A stretch of 64,000 bases of DNA, taken from contig OX597818.1 in assembly GCA_951406725.2 (NCBI GenBank), positions 25,482,001 to 25,546,000 on the forward strand, read 5' to 3'. The notes under the pieces were generated by a model that was not told the DNA's origin, ran no database searches, and saw only the letters and a list, made by a program, of their open reading frames with translations. Shown piece by piece: positions 16,053 through 28,225 of this stretch. The translations under genes were made by a program, and so were the position numbers. The number at the start of each line of letters is the position of its first letter. Within the stretch, counting starts at the first letter, position 1. The DNA comes from Octopus vulgaris (taxonomy: Eukaryota).

Positions 16053-19000
16053 ATCATCATCATCATCATCGTTTAAAGTCCGCTTTCCATGCTGGCATGG
16101 GTTTGATGATTTTGACTGAGGGCTGGCAAACCAGATGGCTGCACCAGGTTCCAATCTTGATCTGGCAGAGTTTCTACAGCTGGATGCCCTTCCTAACGCC
16201 AACCACTCCAAGAGTGTAGTGGGTGCTTTTTACGTGCCACCGGCATGGGGGCCAGTCAGGCAGCACTGGCAATGACTTCGCTCGAATCTTTTTACACGTG
16301 CCAGTGAAGCGATGTTGATAACGATCACGCTCGGCCCTTTTACGTGCCACGGGTATGAAAGCCAGTTGGCTGCTCTTGGCACCCTACTAGCACAGGCATA
16401 AGTGCCAGTAAGGCGACACTGGTAGTGATCATACTTGAATAGCCGCTCTGTCACCGATCCCACTCGCATGGTGCTCTTTGCACCCCGCTAGCATGGATGC
16501 CAGTCATCGAATTGATTTTGATTTTACTTGCCTCAACAGGTCTTCGCAAGCAGAGTTTAGTGACCAAAGAAGGAAAAGGTATGCATAAGCGGGTTGGTTA
16601 TGCTCCTGGCATAGGCCACGGGTTATGGTCTCATTTGGCTTGCCTGGTCTTCTCGAGCACAGCATATTTCCAAAAGTCTCGATTGCTAGTCGTCATTTCC
16701 TTGGTGAAGCCTAATGTTCTAAGGTTGTGCTTCACCACTTCATCCCAGGTCTTCCTGAGTCTGCCTCTTCCATGGTTTCCCTCAACCGCTAGGGTGAGGC
16801 ACTTTTTCACACAGCTATCCTCATCCATTCTCACCACATCTAATGCTTCTTGGGTCCATCTTTTCTCCCAAGGTACTTAAACTCTGTTGAGTATGTACAC
16901 TGACATTACACATCCATCGGATCATACTGGCTTCATTCCGTGCGAGCTTATGCATGTCCACAGCCCATGTTTCACTGCCATGTAGCATGGCTGTTCGTAC
17001 ACATGCATCATACAGTCTATCTTTTACTCTGAGTGAGAGGCCCTTTGTCACCAGCAGAGTTAAGAGCTCTCTGAACTTTGCCCAAGCTATTCTTAATCTA
17101 GCAGCTACACTTTCTGCACACCCGCCCCCGCTACTGACTTGGTCACCTAGGTAACGGAAGCTATCAAATATTTCTAGTTCTTCTCCCTGAAATGTGGCGG
17201 AAGTTGGTCTCTGTGCATTTTCAGTGTTTATCGCTCCCGAGCATCTGCCACATGCAAAATCTATCTTCCCAGTTAGCCTTCCTTTGATATTACTGCACCT
17301 CTTATGTGTTCATAGCTTACACTGGGTGCATCTTATAGAGTTTCTACCTACGCCTCTCCTACAGATCGAGCAGGGCCATCTACCTGAAGGGATTTGTGGT
17401 TTGCCTGCCTTCCTACTTATTAGGACTTTGGTTTTAGCTAGGTTGACTCTAAGGCCCCTCGATTCTAAACCCTCCTTCCACACCTGGAACTTCTCCTCCA
17501 GTTCTGATAGTGACTCAGCAATTAGAGCAAGGTCATCAGCATAGAGGAGCTCCCAGGGGCATCCTGTCTTGAATTCCTCCGTTATTGCCTGGAGGACTAT
17601 GATAAATAGGAGGAGGTTGAGGACTGAACCTTGGTGGACCCCTACCTCTACCCGGAATTCTTCACTGTACTCGTTGCCAACCCTCACCTTACTAGCAGCG
17701 TCCCTGTACATGGCTCGCACTGCTCTCACTAATCATTCATCTATCCCTAGTTTCCTCATTGACCACCAGATAAGGGATCGGGGGACCCTCTCAAAGGCTT
17801 TCTCCATGTCAACGAAAGCCAGGTGCAGGGGCTTATCGTTTGCTAGGTATTTCTCCTGCAGCTCTCTTACCAGAAATATGGCATCAGTGGTGCTTTTCCC
17901 TGGCACAAACCCAAACTGCATCTCATCTAAACTAACTCTCTCTCTAATTAGTTGGGCTATGACCCTCTCCGTAACCTTCATTACCTGATCTAACAGCTTG
18001 ATACCCCTGTAATTATTTGTATCTAGGGCGTCATCTTTATCTTTGTAGCAGTTGACTATTATGCTGCTACACCAGTCATTGGGAATGACTCCTTCGTGTA
18101 TCACCTGGTTAACTATACGGGTGACTAGGCTATAGCCGACACTACCAGATATTTTAAGCATCTCTGCAGTAATTCCTGATGGGCCTAGGGCTTTCCCTGT
18201 CTTCATGCTTCTAATTGCCTTAACTACCAAGGAACTGTCAACTTGGATAGCTGGTCCCTCTGTTGGGTCGACATTTAGCAGACTCTCTTTATCCCATTCA
18301 TTTTCTTTATTGAGCAACCTTTCATAGTGGCGTCTCCAAACCTCTCTCTTTGCATCCTCATTTAGTGCAGGTGAACCATCATCCATGCGAACACATTTCT
18401 CTCCTACCACATCACGATTCTCTCTCACACACTGTCTTGCAACACGAAATACCTCAAGTCTTTCATCATCACGGTGCAGAACATTGGCAAATTTTTTCTT
18501 ATCTGCTTCCCCTCTGGCTAAATACACCTGCATCCTAGCTTCCCTTCTGGCAGTCTGATACACTTCCCTGCTACCACTGTTCTTTCAGTCCTTCCAAGCC
18601 TGTTTCTTTTGTCTAATAGCCCTGTCAACAATATTGTTCCTCCACCACGTTATTTTGGGTCTTGAGGGGACTTTGCACCAACCACAGATCTGGTCACTGG
18701 CTCTCAGCAGGTTCTCCCTTTGAAACCTCCAGTTGTCTTCTACCCCAGGTGAAGCTATATCCCCTTCTATTACATCAAAGGCTTCAAGTAATATGTCTCT
18801 AAATCTCTGTCCATTTGCAGGATCTTTAAGCTTCCAGACCCTTCTTCTCCATGTTGGTCGTCTTCTGGTCGTCCTCTTAGTCCTGATCCTAAAGTCACTA
18901 ACTACCAGTCTATGTTGTGGGGTACATTCTTCACCTAGGAAGGTTTTGGCATTTATAAGCAGCCATCTTTCCCTTTTTCTGGCAAGGGTGTAGTCAATTT

Positions 19001-19319
19001 GGCTAGTATGTCGGCCCGATCAGTAAGTGAATAGGTGACTGGTAGGTTTCATGAAGTTAGTATTGCAAACCATAAGATCATTCGCATCGCAGAACTTCAG
19101 CAGCCTGGTTCCCTCCTCATTGCGGGAACCATAACCGTAGCCTCCATGTATGCCATGGAAGCCCCCTGCATGTTGTCCAACATGCCCATTGAAGTCACCA
19201 GCCACAAAGAGAGGGTCCCTGTCGTTCGTCGATGAGGTAGTCTGCAGTAGGGTGTCATAGAATCGGTCTTTCTGTCCATCAGGTAGCCCTAGCTGAGGGG
19301 CATAGGCTGATATAATGGT
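16053..19319 (-). mobile_element. RTE-type LINE, long decayed copy (partial APE endonuclease, RT, PHD, 3' UTR, (GAT)n tail)
   Basis: Minus-strand ORFs 19020-19205 (AGDFNGHVG), 17733-18563 (NYRGIKLL, FVDMEKAF), 17310-17729 (QGSVL, YADD) and 16821-17051; tail reads CATCATCATC on + at 16053-16070. Confidence 0.93.
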
Positions 19320-19420
19320 GGTGTAAGACTTTTGAAGTGTACATGGGAGACAACCAGGGATGACAAAATTGGGACTTCCTGTAAAGGTGGAGGGGGTGGG
19401 AGGGCGAGTGCACCATGAAA

Positions 19421-19967
19421 ACTAGCAGCCATGAGGGGGCGCCTCTCATTTTTTGGAGAAGGAATACTTCATTGTAGGTATTAAGAGACATAATTGAGAG
19501 AGAGATATGTTGCAGATTTAGGGGAGATGCGTGAGCTAAATTTATCTTAGACATCGATAAGTAAGGGGAACTATAGAATGATATATATTTAACACGAGAT
19601 GTGAGGCTGAAATAGACAGAGTAAAACAGAATAGAGATAGACTAAAAAGGTAAATCAATTGCGCAGAAATAATACTAGGTAGTTAACGGGTTGAATTTAA
19701 AGGAATGCTTATCTGTGATTCATCTCTTCTGTTCGTAGTTTACAGCAAATTTTTTGAATCGAAAATGGGGGAGCTATAATGCGTGTGTTAGTTTATATAG
19801 CATGGTGATGGAAGGGGAGTAGGAAGTCCTGTCGAGTGGTAATCGAAAGAGATAGGGAGACAGACCGTGTGAAGAGATAGAGAAAAACATAGTGAGACAG
19901 AGAGGGGGGATCGCGACCCACGTAAACTAGCAGCCATGAAGGGGCGCGTCTCATCTCGTGGAGAAGG
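19421..19967 (-). mobile_element. Two tandem Helitron-like 3' termini (hairpin + CTAG|T) ~505 bp apart
   Basis: On +: A|CTAGCAGCC-ATGAGGGGGCGCCTCTCAT at 19421-19449 and A|CTAGCAGCC-ATGAAGGGGCGCGTCTCAT at 19926-19954. On the minus strand each is a GC-rich near-palindrome 5 nt before CTAG followed by T. Confidence 0.55.
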
Positions 19968-19979
19968 CATACGTATATA

Positions 19980-20206
19980 TTTCAATTTAAATATAGCCAC
20001 TCTTCAGGTCAAAGAGAAAAACAATAAAATAATTAAATAAATATATGTATGTAATCTTGTAAAATAGGAAATATCTTAAATATATTCTGGTGTAAATAAA
20101 AATAGAATAAATATTTATTATAAAAATAAAATTTATATAAGAAAAGAATAACAAACTATAATATATCATTACTAGAAAATAAAATACAATTAATTAAATT
20201 ATTTAA

Positions 20207-20242
<36 letters not shown>

Positions 20243-20963
20243 TAAATAAAACATATGCATATATATATTAATAAATATATATATATATAAAGATACAAAA
20301 TATACATTAAGTGAAAACTAAAATATAATTTAATCTATATACATTAAATTAAATTATTTATTTATATATCTATTTAATAAACATCTAAGTTAAATCTTAT
20401 TATAATTAAGTAATATATACTAAAAAATCTTCATGTTAAATTATATACATAATACTAGTACATGCTATGCATATTAGAATTAAAAATAGAAAATGCTACA
20501 AATATATACACACCTATTATATAATATAAACTTACTATATTATTAATTTATATATAGTATATATAGATTTAATATTACACTCACTAATAGAATTGACCAA
20601 AATATCAATTAATATTAAACTTATTTACTTAAATGTAATACTATGTATCAAATAAACCTTCTAACTATTAAATATATATTGTCTTACAAAACTATTTCTC
20701 AAAGTAAATTATATGTAATATGTTAAGTCACATTATGAAAATAATAATGAACATAATGAATTAAATAGATATACATATTGTAACTAGTAATTATCAAGAA
20801 ACTATATATAAATTAATATTTTAACAATAATAATGATAATCAAACATAATACAATTCAAAAATTAAATAATATTGTTAAATAAAAAACGTTACTTATCTT
20901 ATCGATGAATATTATATAACTGAATTTTAAATGTAAAAATGTAGGTTTTAACGTTTATAAGAA
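19980..20963. other. Extremely AT-rich ~1-kb segment (candidate mitochondrial control-region insertion or Helitron filler)
   Basis: Almost G/C-free, non-microsatellite sequence with an internal (TA)n run and a possible decayed mitochondrial tRNA 3' half at ~20910-20963. Confidence 0.35.
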
Positions 20964-20964
20964 A

Positions 20965-21835
20965 CTAGCTTAAGGTGACCCGCTCTACGCATGGGTAAGG
21001 GTGTGGTTGTTACTTTCTGTTGCTTCCTTTCTGTTTTTTTATCACTACATTCTCCCTCTTTGTTTCTCTTTCATTTTCCCACTCTCTTACTATCTATCTT
21101 TCTCTATCTATCTCTCTCCCATTTATAAACAATAAAAGAACTTGAGTATGTTAAGAAAGAAAATATGTTGAAAGATCAATCATAAATATCAGGCAGTGAC
21201 AACGGAAAGGTCTGCTTCAAGGCATACAACAAAACACTAACTTTTAAAAAGGACAAACAAACTTGCGAGCTGAATAAAAATAATAAAATATTGTAAACCA
21301 AAGTTTGAAGGGATAGAATCTGAGGATAGTAGAGTCATCATGGCTGGCATTTCTTAACAGCAGACAGCAACATAGTGGCAGTTTAACGGCTGGCATAAAA
21401 TTTTGAATTTGATGTAAAAGAAAATTCCTAAACACCAAGTTTTGAAGTGATTCTTTCTCACGACAGTAGACTCACCATGGCAAGCATTCAAAACTTCTTC
21501 ATCGTGAACGGCAACACATTGAAGATTTAAAGGCTGGCGCAAATTTTTTAGCTTGATGTAACAGAGAATTCCTAAACACCCACTCCTGTAAATTTTAATC
21601 CCCCTCCAGCCCCATTTAGAACTCTTTTCACATTTTGGTTAATATAACCCGATTTCATTTGGGTCTACTCGGGCCACATTTTACAAGATGAGGAATTTTG
21701 TCCTAGAGGTCACTCCTTTCATTTGAGGAAAAAAAATAGTTGCCATACAAACTTGCCAGCACTTTTAACATAGGTGTGCATATTTTCAGCTCAACCGACC
21801 ACATAATGCACACATTATTTATATATATATATAGA
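20965..21835 (-). mobile_element. Non-autonomous Helitron-like element
   Basis: Minus strand starts TCTATATATATAT.. (~21835) and ends ACCCATGCGTAGAGCGGGT hairpin..CTAG|T (20965). Confidence 0.6.
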
Positions 21836-24800
21836 GTTGGCACATTGAAAGGTAGGTCTGGAGAGATTGTAGAGCTGCTTGAACGGAGACGTGTGGATGT
21901 ATGTTGTATCCAGGAAGTAAGGTGGAGAGGAGGTTCCGCTAGGCTCCTCACAGGCAAGGAACACAGGTATAAGATTTTCTGGGCAGGGAACACTGACGGG
22001 GTCGGGGGCGTGGGTATACTTCTTGCAGAGAAATGGGTAGGTAAGGTAATTGAGGTAGTCAGAGTAAGTGACAGAGTAATTAAAATTAGATTAGTTCTTC
22101 ACCACAGGACAGTTACCATCATCTCGGCATATGCCCCTCAGCCAGGGCTACCGGAAGGACAAAAAGACCAATTCTATGACACCCTATTGCGAACTACCTC
22201 GTTGACAAATGACAGTGACCTTCTCTTCGTGGCAGGTGATTTCAATGGACATGTCGGACGGCATGTCGGGGGCTTCCATGGCGTCCATGGAGGCTATGGT
22301 TTCGGCTCTCGTAATAAGGAGGGAACCAGGCTGCTGGAGTTCTGCGATGCAAATGACCTTATGGTCTGCAATACCAACTTCAGGAAACTCTCCTCTCACC
22401 TAGTCACCTACCGTTCTGGCAGACACACCAGCCAGATTGACTACATCCTTGCCAGAAAAAGGGAAAGAGGGCTGATTATAAATGCCAAAAACTTTCCAGG
22501 CGAAGAATGCACTCCTCAACATAGATTAGTAGTTAGCGACTTTAGGATCAGAGCTAAATGGTTGCCCAGAAGAAGACCTGCTTGGAGGAGAAGGGTCTGG
22601 AAGCTTAAAGATCCTGCAAATGGACAGAGATTTAGAGACATACTACTCGAAGCCTTTGACGAAATAGAAGGGGATATAGCTTCACTTAATGTGGAAGACA
22701 ACTGGAGATTTCTACGGGACAATCTGCTGACAGTCACTGACCAGATCTGTGGATGGAGCAAAGTACCGTCTTAACCCAGAGTAACATGGTGGTGGAACAC
22801 TGTGGTTGACAGGGCTATTAGACAAAAGAGACAGGCTTGGAAGGACTGGAAGAACGGTGGTAGCAGGGAATTGTATCAGACAGCCAGAAGGGAAGCTAGG
22901 AGACAGGTTTATTTAGCCAGAGGGGAAGCGGATAAGAAAAAATTTGCCAATGTTCTGCGCCGTGAGGATGAAAGACTTGAGGTATTTCGTGTTGCAAGAC
23001 AGTGTGTGAGAGAGAATCGTGATGTGGTAGGAGAGAAGTGTGTTCGCATGGATGATGGTTCATTTGCGCTAAATGAGGAAGCAAAGAGAGAGGTTTGGAG
23101 ATGCCACTATGAAAGGTTGCTGAATAAAGAAAATGAATGGGATAAAGAAAGTCTGCCGAATATTGACCCAACAGAGGGACCAGCTATACGAGTTGATAGT
23201 TCCGTGGTAGCTAAGGCAATTAGAAGCATGAAGACAGGGAAAGCCCCAGGCCCATCAGGAATTACTGCAGAGATGCTCAAAATATCTGGCAGTGTCGGCT
23301 ATAGCCTAGTCACCCGTATAGTTAATCAGGTGATACACGAAGGAGTCATACCCAATGACTGGTGTAGCAGCGTACTAGTCAACTGCTACAAAGGTAAAGG
23401 TGATGCCCTAGATACAAATAATTACAGAGGTATCAAGCTGTTGGATCAGGTAATGAAGGTTACGGAGAGGGTCATAGCCCAACAAATTAGAGAGAGAGTT
23501 AGTTTAGATGAGATGCAGTTTGGGTTTGTGCCAGGGAAAAGCACCACTGATGCTATATTCCTGGTAAGGCAGCTGCAGGAGAAATACCTAGCCAAAGATA
23601 GGCCCCTGTACCTGGCTTTCGTTGACATGGAGAAAGCCTTTGATAGGGTCCCCTGATCCCTCATCTGGTGGTCAATGAGGAAACTAGGGATAGATGAATG
23701 GCTGGTGAGGGCTGTGCAAGCCATGTACAGAGATGCCGTAAGCAAGGTTAGGGTTGGCAACATGTACACAGAAGAATTCAAAGTAGAGGTTGGGGTCCAC
23801 CAGGGTTCAGTACTCAGCCCCCTCCTATTTATCATAGTCCTCCAGGCAATAACAGTGGAATTCAAGACAGGTTGCCCCTGGGAGCTCCTCTATGCTGACG
23901 ACCTCGCTCTAATTGCTGAGTCACTATCAAAACTGGAGGAGAAGTTCCAGGTGTGGAAGGAGGGTTTAGAATCGAGGGGCCTTAGAGTCAACCTAGCTAA
24001 AACCAAAGTACTAATAAGTAGAAAGGTAGGCAATCCACAAATGTCCTCAGGAAGATGGCCCTGCTCGATCTGTAGAAAAGGTGTAGGTAGAAACTCTATA
24101 AGATGTACCCAGTGTAAGCTATGGACACATAAGAGGTGCAGCAATGTCAAAGGTAGGCTAACTCGGGAGCATTGACCTCCGAAAATCTGCAGAAAACAAC
24201 TTCCGTCACTTTCCAGGGGGAAAAATTAGAAGTAGTTGATAGTTTCCGTTATCTAGGTGACCAAGTCAGTAGTGGGGGTGGGTGCGCCAAGAGTGTAACT
24301 GCTAGAATAAGAATAGCCTGGGCAAAGTTTAGGGAGCTCTTACCTCTGCTGGTGACTAAAGGCCTCTCGCTCAGAGTGAAGGGCAGACTGTATGATGCAT
24401 GTGTTCGAACTGCCATGCTACATGGCAGTGAAACATGGGCCGTGACTGCTGAGGACATGCGTAAGCTCATGAGGAATGAAGCCAGTATGCTCCGATGGAT
24501 GTGTAATGTCAGTGTACTTACTCGACAGAGTGTTAGTTCCCTAAGAGAAATGTTGTACCTAAGAAGCATCAGTTGTTGCGTGCAAGAGAGACGATTGCGA
24601 TGGTATGGTCATGTGGCGAGAATGGATGAAGATAGGAGTGTGAGAAAGTGCCAATCCCTAGCAGTTGAGGGAACCCGTGGAAGAGGTAGACCCAGGAAAA
24701 CCTGGGACGAGGTGGTGAAGCACGACCTTCGAACATTAGGTCTCACCATGGAAATGACCAGAGACCGAGACCTATGGAAGTATGCTGTGCGTGAGAAGAC

Positions 24801-25385
24801 CCGGCAAGACTAGTGAAGCCATAACCCGTGGCCCCTACCTGGGGCGTAGTCAGTCCGCCTGTGCATACCTTCCTGCTTGTGACACTTGTGAAGACCTGTT
24901 GAGGCAAGTCAAATCGAATCAAGTCAAACCAAATCAAAATAGATGAACATCAATGGAATTTGTATCCTTGTGGTACCAGTGCTGGTGGCACATAAGAAAA
25001 CCATCCGAACGGGACCGTAGCCAGTACCGCATCGACTGGCCTCCGTGCTGTGGGCACGTAACAAACACCGTCCGAGCGTGGCCGTCTGCCAGCCTCGTCT
25101 GGCACCTGTGTCGGTGGCACATAAAAACACCATCCGAGCGTGGCCGTCTGCCAGCCTCGTCTGGCACCTGTGTCGGTGGCACATAAAAACACCATCCGAG
25201 CGTGGCCGTCTGCTAGCCTCGTCTGGCACCTGTGTCGGTGGCACATAAAAACACCATCCGAGCGTGGCCGTTCGCCAGCCTCGTCTGGCACCTGTGTCGG
25301 TGGCACATAAAATCACCCACTACACTCTCGGAGTGGTTGGCGTTAGGAAGGGCATCCAGCTGTAGAAACACTGCCAGATCTGACT
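21836..25385 (+). mobile_element. RTE-type LINE, near full-length ORF (APE endonuclease + RT + PHD), inactivated; 3' tail missing
   Basis: VGTL..DVCCIQEVRW, AYAPQ, AGDFNGHVG, QIDYIL, QHRLV (APE), then FVDMEKAFD, QGSVLSP, YADD, FRYLG. Stops at 22772 and 23654 and a 31-bp frameshifting deletion at 24163/24164; the ORF ends at TAG 24813. Confidence 0.95.
25005..25312 (+). repeat. 62-bp tandem repeat array in the RTE 3' UTR
   Basis: CCGAGCGTGG recurs at 25072, 25134, 25196 and 25258 (period 62), with a diverged unit upstream. Confidence 0.92.
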
Positions 25386-25715
25386 CACCATGGCAAGCAT
25401 TCAAAACTTCTTCATCATGAACGGCAACACATTGACGATTAAAAGGCTGGCGCAAATATTTTTAGCTTGATGTAACAGAGAATTCCTAAACACCCGCTCC
25501 TGTAAATTTTAATCCCCTTCCAGCCCCATTTAGACCCCTTTTCACATTTTGGTTAATATAACCCAATTTCATTTGGGTCTACTTATAAGATGAGGAATTT
25601 TGTCCTAGAGGTCACGCCTTTCATTTGAGGGAAAAAATAGTTGCCATACAAACTCGCCAGCACTTTTAACATAGGTGTGCATATTTTCAGCTCAACCGAC
25701 CACATAATGCACACA
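25382..25715 (-). mobile_element. Partial second copy of the Helitron-like element (direct repeat of 21469-21814)
   Basis: Near-identical to 21469-21814 apart from scattered substitutions and one ~12-bp deletion. Confidence 0.8.
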
Positions 25716-26516
25716 TATATATATGTGTGCGTGTGTATGCATTATATATATAAATTATGTATTCTAGTGAGGGATGTAAGAGGATTTTTGTGGACATGCT
25801 GGTGTGCAAGGTGTTAAGGAGGCAAGGAAGTGGAGATGAGTTGTGTGTATGTGAAAGTTGTGATGGCATGTGAAATTGTAGAGTGGTAAAGGTGTAAGTG
25901 TATTGAGGGTAAACGGTGGGTGGGAGTGATATGGGATAAGAGCAGGAGAAAGAGGACTTGAAGAATTTCAAAGGAGAGTTAATACTAAAAGAACTATAGG
26001 TTTGGAGAGAGAAACTGAGCTCCTGTTCCTTCAGGAGTCAAATGGTGGAAGGGCTCAAGTGTAGCCATGATGAAGTTCAAGAGGTATTGGGTGGAAATGT
26101 CAAGAGATAGGAGACTTGTTGCCAAGTCAGATGTCACTATAATATTGTGTGAACTTAGTCAGTGGCCAGTTTGCCCAATGTAAAAAGATTGCAGGGAGAA
26201 CATTCATGTGCATATATAAGTACAGTGGAAGGAATCTCTAGTGTGTAAAGTGTAATAATGGATGTGATATGTATATACACATCCTGTACATATACCACGT
26301 CATTCTAATTAATGAACATGGAAATGTATTGGTCATAGAGTTTTTATGTTAGAAGTGTTTTTTAGATATTTATTTACTTTTGTAATACAGGTATGGCTAT
26401 CTCAGTGTGAATATTTATAATGTACTTACTCAAACTAGACTCATTAGTAGTCACCTCAAGATTTTATGAAGTATGAAGTGTTTGTGAAAATAGTAATATC
26501 TTTTATTTCTTTGCAG

Positions 26517-26670
26517 GAGACAAGATTGTGACACTGGTGGAAATGTCTGCACAGGCTGTTGCTTGCCACATTCCTTTTGAAGTTGTTGAAAATTTCCGAC
26601 AGCCTGTTCCAGATCAACTTCAACTCAGGATTGCTTTTTGGAGTTTTCCTGAAAATGAAGAAGATATACG
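26517..26670 (+). CDS. ZSWIM8: ZSWIM8 coding exon (BC-box/cullin-box region); first exon visible in the window
   Basis: ttgcag|..|gtagt; DKIVTLVEMSAQAVACHIPFEVVENFRQPVPDQLQLRIAFWSFPENEEDIR matches the recalled human HIPFEVVE..PVPEQLQLRIAFWSFPENEEDIR. Confidence 0.95.
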
Positions 26671-28225
26671 GTAGTAAACACTTTCTTCCTTCATTTTGTA
26701 TTTTCCTTTGCATTTTTTGATCATGTGAAAATGTCAGTGCTTTATTTTTTTCATTCATACTGTTATTGAAAAATAGAGTAGCAAGAGTTAAATTACACAG
26801 TGAACATGAGCTTACTCTACCATGCTTATTAAGGATGAGCCTAAGCTATGACGTTCTGTTTCTCTTTCCTATTCTTGGGGAAATAAATGTAACATAGAAA
26901 TGTTAAAACAATGAAGGCAGCTCCTAGATGTACAATTCTTCTATCAATAATTTCTACAATAAAGACATCTCACTTGTTTCATTTTGTTTGTAAAAGTTAA
27001 GCTAGTGTAACCAAAGTTAGACTGAATGAAGAATTTCTTATACTGCTATCTGAAATATATATCTGATTGTTTGTGTTTATTTCATGGGCTTGGAAGCTTT
27101 ATATTATTGATGCTACTATTCATAATAAAAGCAATTCTTTCATAGAGAAGTCTAATAAAAAAAACTTTAGCAATGATGTGTGGTTGTATTAAATGCGGTT
27201 TAAAGTATGTTAAGATCTAAATTGGGGAAAATTGTCCCTTAAATAGCTGAAAAGGGGCGCTTGGCTAGTCTATCACATAAGGGACAGACAGTCCACGTAA
27301 AGCTAAATAGACTTGACTGTCATGTGATGAACCAAAAATAGGCAGCTAAAAGTAAAATGCCACTACGTGGGTAACTAAAGGTCAAGAGTTATCATGTTTC
27401 TGCTACAGAACTTCCATGGTATAAGTGCCTCATAAAACTCTGTTGACTCAATTGTTGATAGGATGAGAATCCAGTTAATCAAAACCATGTACTTGGAAAC
27501 ATACTAGATGTGTCAAGATTCAGGGAAGAATCCAAGACATATGGAGGGATGCTCTACTGCAAATCCCTCCAACATTTGCCTACATGGAAAAACATATGTA
27601 CAATGAATTCTGACAGTAGGTTGTAAAATTATGCTTAAAACTCAAATTTATAATTTATTCTTTACTCGTTAAATCACTAGTGCTTCATGCACAGTATTTT
27701 CAGTCTACCTTAGAAATATCACCAAAATGCTATAATTATAAAACATATGATATAAATTCAATGTTGATATGTTAAGTTGCTTGTGAGATTTATAGAGGAA
27801 ATGGGGAGGTTGTAAAATTGTTTTCTCACTGATGTTCATAGCACAAATGACGTATATGTCTCTAACTTGGAACCAAAACTAGGTTGTTATGAGCTTATTT
27901 ACCTCTTAGACTTATAGATTCAATATTGTAATATTTGTAAACAATGACAGAGATGCTAGACTGAAATCAAGTTGAACTGGAGTGTTTCATCTCTCAAAAG
28001 GCAGTTAGTGGCAATAATATACCAGCATCAATTATATTGATGATATTGCAACTTTACAAAACATATCCTTCTCTTGAGCTTTAAAATTTATTCTTTTAAT
28101 AACTTCAGTCAATGAACTACAGCTATATGGAAGGCTTAGTTGATGTATCAATGCCAGTACTTATTTTCAAGCCTGGTACTTGTTTTATTAATGTCTACTT
28201 GACAAACCACATTACAGGACATAAG

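Noticed and set aside
21740-24813. Active or domesticated EN-RT gene
   Set aside because: Two in-frame stops, a frameshifting deletion, no native start and no 3' tail.
25005-25312. 62-bp repeats as a CRISPR array or hammerhead array
   Set aside because: No unique spacers, no cas genes, eukaryotic context; no CUGANGA plus GAAA core on either strand (the closest is CAGAYGAG without GAAA).
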